From Hyaloraphidium curvatum SAG 235-1 (taxonomy: Eukaryota > Fungi > Monoblepharomycota): a stretch of 64,000 bases of DNA. The number at the start of each line of letters is the position of its first letter. The stretch's first letter is position 1. The notes below the pieces were generated by a model, which searched no databases, was not told where the DNA came from, and was given only the letters and a program-made list of their open reading frames with translations. The stretch lies in contig JAIVFI010000007.1 in assembly GCA_025558095.1 (NCBI GenBank), positions 806,001-870,000 of the forward strand, written 5' to 3'. The position numbers and the translations under genes are program-made. This document shows, piece after piece, positions 47,312 through 57,873 of the stretch.

Positions 47312-47703
47312 GGCGAAAGCTGTCCGTCGTCAAGCTCACGCAGGGTCCCCGATGCCGCCAGGGACTCGGGAGGAGACTGCCACGCGAATGGACGCGATGC
47401 GGGTGGCCGACGCAGAAGACGGGGTAACAGTTTCCCAAAGATGCCAAGCGGCGCGTAGAGTCTGTCCAGAATGGTGCGCACTGCGCGTTTGGAGCTCCGA
47501 CCGAATCAGGGACCTGATCGGCGCCCGCTAAGGCGTTCCTCCATCGGCTCTCTAGGCCCCCGCCTTATGATAGCCCCGGAAGAGAGTCCGCACTTTAGCC
47601 GCGCACGCTCACCTCAGTCATCGCTCACACCGTCCGACGACAGTTGGCCGGGAGAAACCGTTGCGGACCGTTGCGACTGTGTATGGGATCCGGAGCCAGC
47701 ACG

Positions 47704-48386
47704 ATGGCCAGCGCAGCTACGAAGGAGAAGGGTGCGCTTCGCCTCGAGCCGGTCCACGGGCGACCTTCTCACGGCCTCTCAAATCGCCCCTCTTGGTCGT
47801 CGTCCTCGGCCGAACACCGCTTTTTGGGCCTCTCGCCTATGTCTCTTCGACCTGGATCTGCTCTTGCCGGCCTGCCGACCGCTTTGTGTCGCCTACGTCT
47901 CGTCGGCCTGGATCTGCCCTTGCCGGCCTTCATTCGAAACAGTCGCCCAGCTCATCAAGGACAACAAGATCATGGTGTTCTCCAAGAGCTACTGCCCGTA
48001 CTGCGATACCGCCAAGTCGACGTTGAACAAGATGGGCCTCGACTACAAGCGGGTCGAGCTCGACGAGATCCGTGGGTCCCCCCGTTCCGGCGCCAGAGGA
48101 ACTTGTACTTAACCACCCTTGGTGCTTCTCTTAGCCGACGGATCCCAGATCCAGGCGTATCTGCAGCAGATCACCGGCCAGCGGACCGTCCCCAACATCT
48201 TTGTCCGCGGTGGGTGTCGCTTTTGGCCTCCAGCGACTTTGGGAGCTGACGTCCGGCATTCTGACCTCAGAACGTCATGTCGGAGGCTGCGACGCAACTC
48301 TGGATGCCGTCCGCCGCGGCACCTTCCAGGCCCTGGTCGACGGCAAGTCGGACGCCGAGAGCGCCTTCAAGCTCGTTAAGCTCTGA
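47704..48386 (+). CDS. Dithiol glutaredoxin
   Basis: MVFSKSYCPYC, VELDE, GQRTVPNIF, HVGGCD. Three introns; the first exon (MASAATKEK) is inferred. Confidence 0.92.
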
Positions 48387-48539
48387 GCTTCGCGGGGGGA
48401 ATCGTTCAACGAACTCCCAAAACCCAACATGTAATCATTTCTTGATGCCATAGATGGATTCGCGTCTAGAAAAGACCGTACGGACAACGCCTCGAACGCC
48501 AAGCAACCACCAAACTCAGAGGCCCACTACCCTGCCTGC

Positions 48540-49924
48540 CTAGAAAGGCGCGTTGTGCCATCGCTCCCCTTCGGTCAAAGCGCCCTCCTTCTTCAGATCC
48601 CGCGTCACGATCGGAGGCTGCCCCGCGGGCACATCCGCCGCCAGGCCCCAGTCCTGTACAAACAGGCGAAAGTCAAGCTTCACCATCCGTTTCCCGTCTC
48701 GCAGCTGGATGAAGGGGTTATCCGCCTGATCGACGATCTTGATGGTCTGTCCTCTGCCATCCGAACCCATGATGGCCGAGTACGAGTTCGGGTTCGTGCG
48801 GGGGCCGGCGGGATTGACGGCGTGCGCGACGAAGCGGATCTTGGCCCAACGGAGGCGCTCGTCGGCAAGGAAGGGGCCTCCGAAGACTTGTCCGTTTTCA
48901 ATCATAACTTCGAGTCGGAAGCGGAAAGGGCCAGCATAGAAATTTCGGAGAGCGATGGCTCTTCTGGCGAGCTGGGCGGCGTCGTTGCTGGGCGGTGGAA
49001 CCTCCACGTAGAACTCGTCGTAGAAGGCGTGGCGCTGGCCCTTGACAGGGAGGGCAACGGGCCGGAGGCTCGCGAGCTCCTTCTCGTGGTTCACGAGCAA
49101 CTCGTTCAGCAGCGCTAGGTGGCGGTCCTTGGCACTCGTCATGTGCCGCTTCATCATGCTGCGCTTGCACTCGAGGGATTCGTAGGTTTGAGCGGCGCAA
49201 GAAAGGTCAAGGTACCGGTTCCTACCTCATGGTCACAGCCTCGTGACTCGCAGGACAGGATTTCGTGGGGACAGACCTCGAAGTGGGCATCCAGCAGGTC
49301 GCGGGTGACTTCGACACTGCACCCCTCGTTGTCGCAGGCAAGAACCGCCTTGGGGCAATCTTCGGCGTGTTCCTGCACGACGTCCCAATGACTCGCTTTT
49401 CAGCAACGTCTCGAAGCCACGTTTTCGGAGACCTACTCACCTCAAGGGTATCGGGTGGCCGGACCACGGCACCACAGTCAGCGCACTTGCCTTTCTCGCA
49501 CGAGTTGAAGTGCGTGTCGAGGTCCCCGACGTCGCCTTCCCAGGAGCACTCCAACGGGCACGGAATCAGAAGGTTCATGAGCGTCCGCCACGCGAACTTG
49601 TCCTCCTGCAGATCCTGCACCGCAAATCAGATCCTTTCCGGCCGAACGCAACGGACGGATCCCGCCCACCTTGATTTGGGTGCGGGAGAAACGCTGGGCG
49701 CACTCGGGGCAACTGTGCACCGCTGTCCCGGCCTGCTCGGCAAGTTGGACCACCCGCTCGAGGCACGCGCGGTCAAAGACATGCGAGCACGGGAGCACGC
49801 GGGGTTCCTTGTAGGGCAGAGATAGTTCCAGACAGATCGCGCACTCGAACTGCTTCCGGCTCTTCTCGAGAAACGCTGTCTCGCGTTCCGGTCGTTTCCG
49901 GACGGAGCCCGCGGCGGTGGGCAT
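48540..49924 (-). CDS. TRAF-like RING E3 ligase (RING, TRAF-type Zn fingers, short coiled coil, MATH-like domain)
   Basis: FECAICLE..EPRVLPCSHVFDRAC..CPEC; CPLECSWEG..HFNSC; EHAEDCPKAVLACDNEGC..HFEVCPHEILSC; MKRHM..HLALL; FYAGPFRFRLEV. Three introns. Confidence 0.8.
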
Positions 49925-50447
49925 GCTGCTACCCGACACGCTTCCGAGGCTCGAGCGCCAATGACGATGCCCCCACGAACGCGGGCCGGTCCGGGAGTTC
50001 GTGAAGTCACGCGGTGATATCTGATGGGCCGCCCCGTCGCCGCGGCACGCCGGCAGCCGGCTCGCGGTGTCCGACATCGGAGCTGGTTCCCTTCCAATCG
50101 CTGATCTCTATACCGAACTGATCTAAAGCACTTTATACATCGCTCATCGTTCACTGCTGCTCCCTGGACGCGCCGCATTGTAAAGTCACGCATTGTAAAG
50201 TCACGGAATGTGCATGGGATGGTCCAGCAAGCTAACGTTCCCACGACATGGAGCCTGACAAAAGGGCCTTTAGACCCGACGTTCACGCTCTGCGAAAGCG
50301 TTTCGGCATTTGTGCCGTGACGGGCCGATGTCACTCGCCATGGGCACGGTCACGGACCTCCGAGCAACCGCCCCAAATGCCTCCTAGACCTCGCGATACG
50401 ACAACGACATTGATTGACACGAAAGCACGAAACATACAAATCGGATC

Positions 50448-51996
50448 TTAGTACTCCCTGCTCGGCTCCCTCCTGGCCCTCTTGCGGCGCTCCTCCCCCT
50501 CGTCTTCCTCGCCATCCTCGCGGGCGGGCAGGAACTCGCCGTCGCTCTCCTCATCCTCGCTCGACTCCTCGACCCCGGGCTCCTCCGCGTCGCTACTGTT
50601 GGCGACTTCGTTGTGCCTCTCCGAGGAGGCCGCCCTGCGCCGCTTGGCCGCACCCGCTCCAGCAGGGTCGCTGGAGGTGTTGGGGGTGCCAGCCGCGGCC
50701 GACGGAGCCGCGGTGCGGATGACGCCGCGCTCCTCGAGAGATTCGCGGGCGGCTCGCTCGCGCTCGGTCTCCTGCGTGTCGGCGGCGGGATCGTACCTCA
50801 GCCAGAGGCCGGGGAACGTGGCCTTGAACCTCGCGATGTAGATCTCCTGCTTCCTCTCGTCGGAGAGCGAGGCGTCACCCCGCAGGAGGCGCCACTTGTT
50901 CGAGATGGCGTTGCGCACAGCACCCCTGGCCCTAAGCTGGCGTAGCCTGACCTTTAGGGTTGCGGGGTCGTTGGCGTGCACCTCCCTCAGGACGCTTTCG
51001 ATGATCTCGGTCGGGCCCCTGGCGAGCGTCTGGGTGGTGCTCTGGGGGCTACCATTGCTGAGGACTGGATCAGTTTCCCTGAGGATGGCGGGCGATCGGG
51101 TACTCAGGGTACTCACGACTGGGCGTCGTCGTCGTCGTCGCCAGTGAGATCCCACACGATGGCGGCCGAGGGGGACCTGCTCTCCCTGGCAGTCTGCTCG
51201 GGCTTGGACCGCGGCTCGGCGAGCTTGGCCGGCGGCGGCAGCGAGGGCGATCGGGAGTCGCGCTGGGCCCGGGCGGCGGGCTCGGAGCTGCGCTCCTCGA
51301 TGACCGGGGGCTCTGAGGGCGCAGGCGAAATGCGCCGCTCCGGGACAACGGGCTCCGCGGGCGGAGTGACCGGCAAGGGAACGAGTGCGTCGACCTGGGC
51401 GGCAGGGTTGCCCTGGAGGAAGCTGTTGAAGCTGGCGGCCGTGGCGGCCATCATGTTGCGGAGGTTGGCGTTCTCGGCCTGCAAGGCGGCCGCTTCGACC
51501 CTGGCCCGGTCGACGTAGGCAGCAGCGGCGTGCTGAGTCTCATGGAGCCGGATCTCGAGCTCGCGGGCCTTGTTCTCGGAGTCGGTGTTGCTGGCGACGA
51601 GCCGGGCGTTCTCCGTGGCGAGCTGGGCGTTCTCCGCTTCCTTGACGGCGAGCTCCCCGCGGAGCCGATGGATCTGCGGGTCGGCATCAGCGTCGGGCTC
51701 CCACACCGGCGGCGGATTGCATTACCTCGGCCACGTCGGCGGGCCTGCCGTGGGCGACGATGTCTTCGGTGCGCTGGAACTGGACGCGGGCCTCGTGGAG
51801 CGCGGCCATAGCGGCGTCGAGCTGGGCCCCGGCGCCCCCGGCGGGCATGAGAGCGGGGCCGTGGGGCGTGTGCTGGACGGGCTGCGGGGGCTGCAGGGCG
51901 TTCATCTCGGCGGGAGTGCTGCGAGGAACGCCGGTTGAGAAGGCTGTCGCCGATGACCTGCCGGCCAACGCTGGCTCACCTGGGGGCGCCGTCCAT
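50448..51996 (-). CDS. Micro-exon coiled-coil family, copy 7
   Basis: ATGGACGGCGCCCCCAG|GTGAGC. MNALQPPQ.., LAVKEAENAQLATENARL, IVWDLTGDDDDD, GPTEIIESVLREVHANDPATLKVRLRQLR..LWLRYDP, RKRARR. Confidence 0.75.
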
Positions 51997-52416
51997 GGTC
52001 GACGTCGACGTGGGCGGATGTGACGTTTTTGCTTGCTTGGCGTAGTTCGCTCCGTGTGATGGCACGGCGACAATGGACGGCGTTTTATCGTCGCGGGACG
52101 GCGGACACTCAGCCTTAGAGCTCACAGAATCCGATCACGCATCATCATCAATCATGCCCCCGATCCACAGCCAGTGCGTTGTCATCCAGCGGGCAGTGGA
52201 TCCCGCTTCCCGCGATGCTGGGACGGCGAATGCCCAGAGCTCGAGCACCGGATGATGTTCGAGAGAGTTCTATGTTCATTGTACATCTGGCTTCTCCCGC
52301 CACTCCCGCAAAAAGCATTCTGTGACGCTTGCAGCCTCAACGTCTATAGCCCCAGGGAAATCCCCATGTGATCGCGACGAGTCCGGCTCGCCGATAACTC
52401 AACGGCCGCCGGCGGC

Positions 52417-53574
52417 TCAGAACAGCCCGGCCATCCTCAACCTGCTCTCAAAGTCCTCGTGGTTGATGTACGCCCCGCAAAGGGTCCTGTCCCCCGTGTA
52501 GGCGTCCCGCCCGTGGAGCACCCTCCAGTTGTCGAACAGCATCGCCTCGCCCGGCGCCAGCACGTGGCGCCACTGGTACTTGCGGTCGTTGGCGCGCAGG
52601 TCGAACTCGCGCAGGGCGGCGTAGAAGGCGATGTGCTCGTCGGCGGGGAGGAGGAAGGGGGCGCGGTCGTAGTTGTTGAACGAGACCTGGATCAGCTGGC
52701 CGTCCGGGCCGTGCCGCAGGATCGGGCGCGAGGCCATGAGGTGCGAGCCGTCGCCGATGTACTGCCCCGGCACGTGCACCGTCGAAAGGGTGCGGTAGTG
52801 CTCCGGGTGTTCACGCTTGATGTCCTCGGCGATCCGGAAGGCGTCCACCATGGTCGACTCGCCGCCCGTGCCCTCGAAGCGGAGGCAGTGGAGGAGCTGC
52901 AGGCCGGGGGCATCGTGCGAGTAGGTGCCGTCGGTGTGGCCGCGGAGCTCGAGGTTGGTGTAGGCCGTGTCGGCCATCGAGTTGTCGGCGGTGAAGGTCC
53001 AGAAGCCGCCAAAGATGGTCTCCCTGATGTATGCCACCTTCTTGACCAGCTCCTCCGTGGCCTCGGCGGTGGGCGGCGTGCCGACGACCAGGGCAAAGCC
53101 GTACTGGGCGACCAGCTGGAGCCACTTGAGCACCCCGGCGTCCGAGGCCATGACCTCGGCGTACGGCACGGTGGGGGCCTTGAACGAGGCGGCGTCCCAC
53201 AGCTGCTTCGGCAGCTCCACGCGGGCGCTGGCCTGCCTCGGCACGCGGAAGCGGCGCAGGAAGGCCAGGGGCAGCCTCGACGGCTTCTCCGGCTGGCCCC
53301 CGGCGGGCGTCTTCCACGCCACCTCGAGCTCCTCGCCGTCCCCGCCGGCGACGACCTTTGCCGCCTCGCCGACGAGGTCCGGCAGCTTCGCGGTGAACAG
53401 CTGGCGCTGGCCGGTGGCGGCGAGGTACGTCTCGGCGTCATGGGCATGGTCCCGAAGCCACACCCATGGGTACTCGGTCGCCACGCCGTCGGACCACGTG
53501 ACGCGGAGCCGGTCGGCCTGCGGCTCGGCGGCCGCGATGGCGGGCTCAGAGGCGGTGGGCGGGTCGGAGGGCAT
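52417..53574 (-). CDS. Trimethyllysine dioxygenase / gamma-butyrobetaine hydroxylase family protein (carnitine biosynthesis), intronless
   Basis: WVWLRDH, IRETIFGGFW, DTAYTNLELRGHTDGTY, PGLQLLHCL, GGESTMVD, FNNYDR, FDNWRVLHGR, LCGAY. Confidence 0.92.
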   Translation of the reverse strand: MPSDPPTASEPAIAAAEPQADRLRVTWSDGVATEYPWVWLRDHAHDAETYLAATGQRQLFTAKLPDLVGEAAKVVAGGDGEELEVAWKTPAGGQPEKPSRLPLAFLRRFRVPRQASARVELPKQLWDAASFKAPTVPYAEVMASDAGVLKWLQLVAQYGFALVVGTPPTAEATEELVKKVAYIRETIFGGFWTFTADNSMADTAYTNLELRGHTDGTYSHDAPGLQLLHCLRFEGTGGESTMVDAFRIAEDIKREHPEHYRTLSTVHVPGQYIGDGSHLMASRPILRHGPDGQLIQVSFNNYDRAPFLLPADEHIAFYAALREFDLRANDRKYQWRHVLAPGEAMLFDNWRVLHGRDAYTGDRTLCGAYINHEDFESRLRMAGLF

Positions 53575-54067
53575 CGTTGCTTCGGTTCGTTGAAAGTTCC
53601 GCCAGCGGCGGCCCCGGATTTATTGGCCGCCGCCGGCACAGCGGTCGGCCGGTCCCTCCATCCGACCTAGCACGGTCAAACCGTTCAAAGGGGGATCCAA
53701 TTGCCGAACAAAGAGGTGAGATTGATGTTCGCCTGACCCGATCGATGATTTCCCGGAGGTCTTTGTCCCAAAGCTTCATGAGCACGCAGTAGAAGAGCTG
53801 ATAATCTGCTCCAAGGCGACGATCATCTCCCGGAGGACAAAATCGACAGGCCACATCAATCATGTAGCTTCACATCACTGACTGAGTAGATTTTGGAGGG
53901 ACGATGCCTCGGAATCTTTGTGAAGCTGGTTGCGACGGCGGCAGCTCGGAGTCGATCGACTTGACCCCCTGCCTCAGGGACCACCCGATCCAAACACGCG
54001 AGCCATTGGCCCGCGAATCCCGCGGTGCGGCCGCCCAATACCCCGCATCTAGAGCGCGGCGGCCACC

Positions 54068-56332
54068 ATGGAGTCCATCGCGGCGTTTGTCCGCGAGGAC
54101 ATTGTCCCAAAGTGAGTGGGAGACGACTTTCGCGACCCTGATCCCCTGACCTCTCCCTCGATGGCAGCGCCTCGGCGGTGTTCCTGCCGCTCGCGCTGCT
54201 CGGGCTCGGCATCCTCCCGCAGAGCGTCAACCCGAAGCCCGAGATCGTCGGCACCGACACGCCGATCCTGCGCCGCAAATCCGCGCTCGACAACGTGCTG
54301 CTCTTCGGCGTGCTGCGGCTCGCCGCCGACGTCGTGTGGCGGTCACCGTCGGCCGTGCGGTCGGGCACGCTGGTCGCGCTGGCCACGGCGGGCGTCGCGT
54401 ACCCGCTGAGGAAGCAGGCCGAGGGCACGCCCCGGTTCGCGCGGCCGAGCAAGGCCTTCGGCACCTTCTGGCTCGCGTTTGCCGCCGTGCAGCTGGCCAG
54501 GGGCTGGGCGGGCGAGTCGTGGGCCGTCAGGGGGATCGGCATCGCGTGGGGGCTGGCGGCGGGGATCCTGGGTGTGCTCGAGGCCGTGGCGATGCCGCGC
54601 GAGGCAATCAAGGTGGGCCGACCGGGCTCCGTGTGCCGTGGATTTGGTCCAATCTTCTCGATTGCAGGACCCGGCGGCGCGGCCCGCGCCTTCCCGCGTC
54701 ATGTCGATGCTGACCGAGAACATGGCGCGGGGACCGTTCCCCGAAGAGTCGGGCATACCGCGGCCAACGATCCAGACGCTCATGTTCTTCGACGAGGGCC
54801 TGCCGTCGCGGGACGAGATGGCGAAGCTCGTCGAGGCCTCGATCCTCAAGTTCTACCGCTTCAAATCCATCCCCGCCCTCGACAGCAAGGGGCGTTGGAT
54901 CTGGCAGGAGGACCCCAACTTCTCGCTCGACGACCACCTCCTGGAGGAGACCGTGCCGGACCTGCCCGCGCTGCACAAGTTCGTCGAATCGCTCTTCGAC
55001 GGCTCCGAGATCGACCCGGACAAGCCCAAGTGGCAGTTCTACCTGGTCAAGTTCGAGGGGACCGACAGGGGGGCGATCGTGATGAACGTGGACCACGTGC
55101 TCGGAGACGGGCTGAGCTTCGTCAGGCTGGCGCTCGAGATGGTCCGGGATGGTTGGTGGCGACCCTTGGCAGCTTCCACCCATCTCATTGCCTTGCCATT
55201 TCCAGAAAAGGGCGACACGATCGACTTTCTCAACCCCGCCGTCGCCTCCAAGGGCAAATCCGGTTCGGCCGCCAAGGACGCCAACGGCAAGAAGCCCACC
55301 AAGATCGTCAAGGGCATCCGCGGCGTCACGGGCGCCCTGTACCTCGGCTACTCCCTCCTCACCAGCCACGTCAAGGCGCTCGCGACGCAGCTCGGGCCGG
55401 GGGACACCAAGACCCTGATCAAGGACGAATACGCGCCCTACAGGTTCAACCAGACCCGGACGACGGTGTACCTGCCCATCATCAGCCTGGAGGCTGTGAA
55501 GAAGATGAAGGCGACGACCAAGGAGGGGTTCTCGGGGTACACAGTCAACGACGTGCTCACGGCCGTCCTCGCCGGTTGGTTTGTTCCACGCTGCCAACGC
55601 GACGCTGCTGATTACCGAACAGGCGCCTTCCGCCGATACCTCCTGTACCGCGAGGACCCCGTCCTCAAGTCGGACGAGTCTTCGAACGTGCAGGTCCGCG
55701 CCCTCCTCCCCTTCTCCTTCCCGCGCAACTTCTCCGACGACGACCTGCACAACCAATGTGGGTCCTCCGCCATCCCCGCTCGATCGACCCTCACCCACCT
55801 TTCCAGGGTGCTTCATCTCCATCCCCCTCCCCGTCGGCCTTGCGACCCCGGCAGAGCGGCTCAAGAGCGTCAACGCGACCATGACGGGGATCAAAAAGTC
55901 GCCGGACCCGCTCGCGTTCATGAACGTGCAGCGCTTGGGCATGGGCGTGCTGCCAAAGGGGCAGGCGGCGCAGGCGGGCCTCGAGTCGATGACCAAGCAC
56001 ACGATGGTGTTCACCAACGTCGGTAGCGGATGCGTGTCGGTCCCCCGACGGCGTTCTGACCCGTGGCCCCGCAGGTGCCGGCGATGCAGGAGTACGTCTA
56101 CCTGGCGGGCAAGAAGGTCACCTCCATCTTCCCCGTCATCAGCAACATCGTGCCCCAGATCTCGGCGCTATCCTACGCCGGCCAGATCACCATCAACATG
56201 GTCGTGGACCCCGAGATCATCGTCGACCACGAGAAGCTGAGCGACTTCTTCATGGAGGAGCTGGTCGAGGCGAAGGACCTCATGCTGGGCGAGGCGGGCA
56301 AGGACGTGGACGTGCTGTTCAAGAAGAACTAA
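54068..56332 (+). CDS. WS/DGAT (wax ester synthase/diacylglycerol acyltransferase) with N-terminal membrane domain
   Basis: DPDKPKWQFYLV, VDHVLGDGLS (HxxxDG), TVNDVL, FTNVP, ISALSYAGQI. Hydrophobic N-terminal exon. About six introns. Confidence 0.87.
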
Positions 56333-56486
56333 TCGAGAGAATGTATTGGGCGCAGAACTGGCCTGCTCTGTTTCAAACAGGAACCCGCAATCTCCGCAAG
56401 AAACTCGATCCAATCTGTCACCTCCTCGAATGAGTTCATACGTAGGCGGAACAGCAGACAACGTACCTCACCAAAGATCCTGCGAA

Positions 56487-57728
56487 TCACTCAAAGGCCA
56501 GAGCCGCCGCGATCATGAACGACGCCTCCTCGGTGATCTCGAGCTGCATCTTGGACATCGAGATGGCGCAGAACTGGCGACCCCACTCGAGCGACTCCTC
56601 CCCCATGAGCACCGTCATCATGCTCTTGATTTTGCCGGTGGCCGGGTTGTAGATGAGGTCGAACTCGGCGCGGACGTTGTCCCAGTCTGGCCGTGGACCG
56701 CGCGGTGAATCCTCGGGTTCGCCAAACGGTCGCGATCACTAACCCTGCCGCCCCTTGAAGCTGGGATTCATCGTCCACGCCGTCGGGTCCATCTTCCACG
56801 ACGAGACGGTCTCGCCGCGGATGTGGTTCGGGGAGGGGGTGACGAGGAAGTCGGTGATCTCGAACTTGTGCGCTTTGGCGATCTCGTCGGTGCGCTGCAT
56901 GGTCTCGATGATGGCATCTGGGAGAAAACGACAGTCAAGGTGCGCCTTGTGGCGATCTAGATTACCTACGCTTCGTCTTGTTGGTCCTGCCGAATCCGAA
57001 GAAGATGGTTTCCTCTGCAATCTGATTCAGCGACCTCGGCGATGTCACGATCGCCGCACCCACCTCCTTCGTCGAAGAGGTCGAGCGTGTCCGCAAAGGC
57101 GATGTTCGCTTTGCTGACGAAGGCCTGCATGAGCTCCTTGGCCTTGTTCAGATCAGCGGGATCGCGGGGGTTCGCGGCCATGCGCGACATGAGCAGCTCC
57201 TTGACGGCGACGTCCTGGAGCTGGTCCCCGGTGACCTCGTTGACGATCTGGAACAGTAATGAGTTGAGGAGCTCCGTCCGAATGCCCGATCAAGGCACCA
57301 ACCCTTTCGACCTGGAGCGCCCCCGTGACGTAGAGCGTCGTGTTGCCGAAGAATTCTGCAAGGGAACACATCACGGATGGCCGAATAGTCGAGCTGGTAC
57401 TCTCACCCTTTCTCCCGTTGCCCATGTCGGCCGTCAGCTTCCCCTTGAATCGCACGCGGTGGGGCATCGGGGGCATCCATTTGCCGACGTCCGTGGCCGG
57501 CTCTCCGATCATCTCCCAGATGGACCCCTGCGGGTAAGCCGCGAGCGAGGCTTCGAAGGCACCGGGGCCGGAGAAGGTGGCAAAAACGTCCCGGACCCCG
57601 AAGTCCGGGCCGATGAGGCCGTCGAACTTGCCCGTGGAGCCGCCCGAGGCATACGCGTTGAAGGCGGAAACGTAGCGACGGGCCAGGTCGACGAGGTCGC
57701 GGGGATCGTCGCGCTCGACAGCAGGCAT
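56487..57728 (-). CDS. Hypothetical protein, possible tandem NTF2/SnoaL-like domains, multi-exon
   Basis: LARRYVSAFN..FDGLIGPDF..FSGP; second unit KELMQAFVSKAN..; last exon DNVRAEFDLIYNPATGKIKSM..AFE*. Canonical short introns. Confidence 0.55.
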
Positions 57729-57873
57729 GGTGTTGGTGTGTGGGTGTTGGCGAATCGATTCGATGAGTCGACGCCGATCGTCGACGCCGCGCTGGCCAAC
57801 AAGCGGCAGAACTGACTGACCCGCAACAACGGCCTCTGCGTTCCTCTCCCGCCAGTTTCTGTCGCGAATAGCA

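Noticed and set aside
50175-50204. Tandem 15-mer GCATTGTAAAGTCAC x2 (also GGACATGGAACG x2 near 23416 and TTGACTCAAG x2 near 38312)
   Set aside because: Only two units with no spacers, so not CRISPR-like. Most likely local slippage duplications.
15667-51996. Coiled-coil family as a transposable element
   Set aside because: No transposase, RT or integrase motifs, terminal repeats or target-site duplications were seen. Copies retain introns, so they are not retrocopies.
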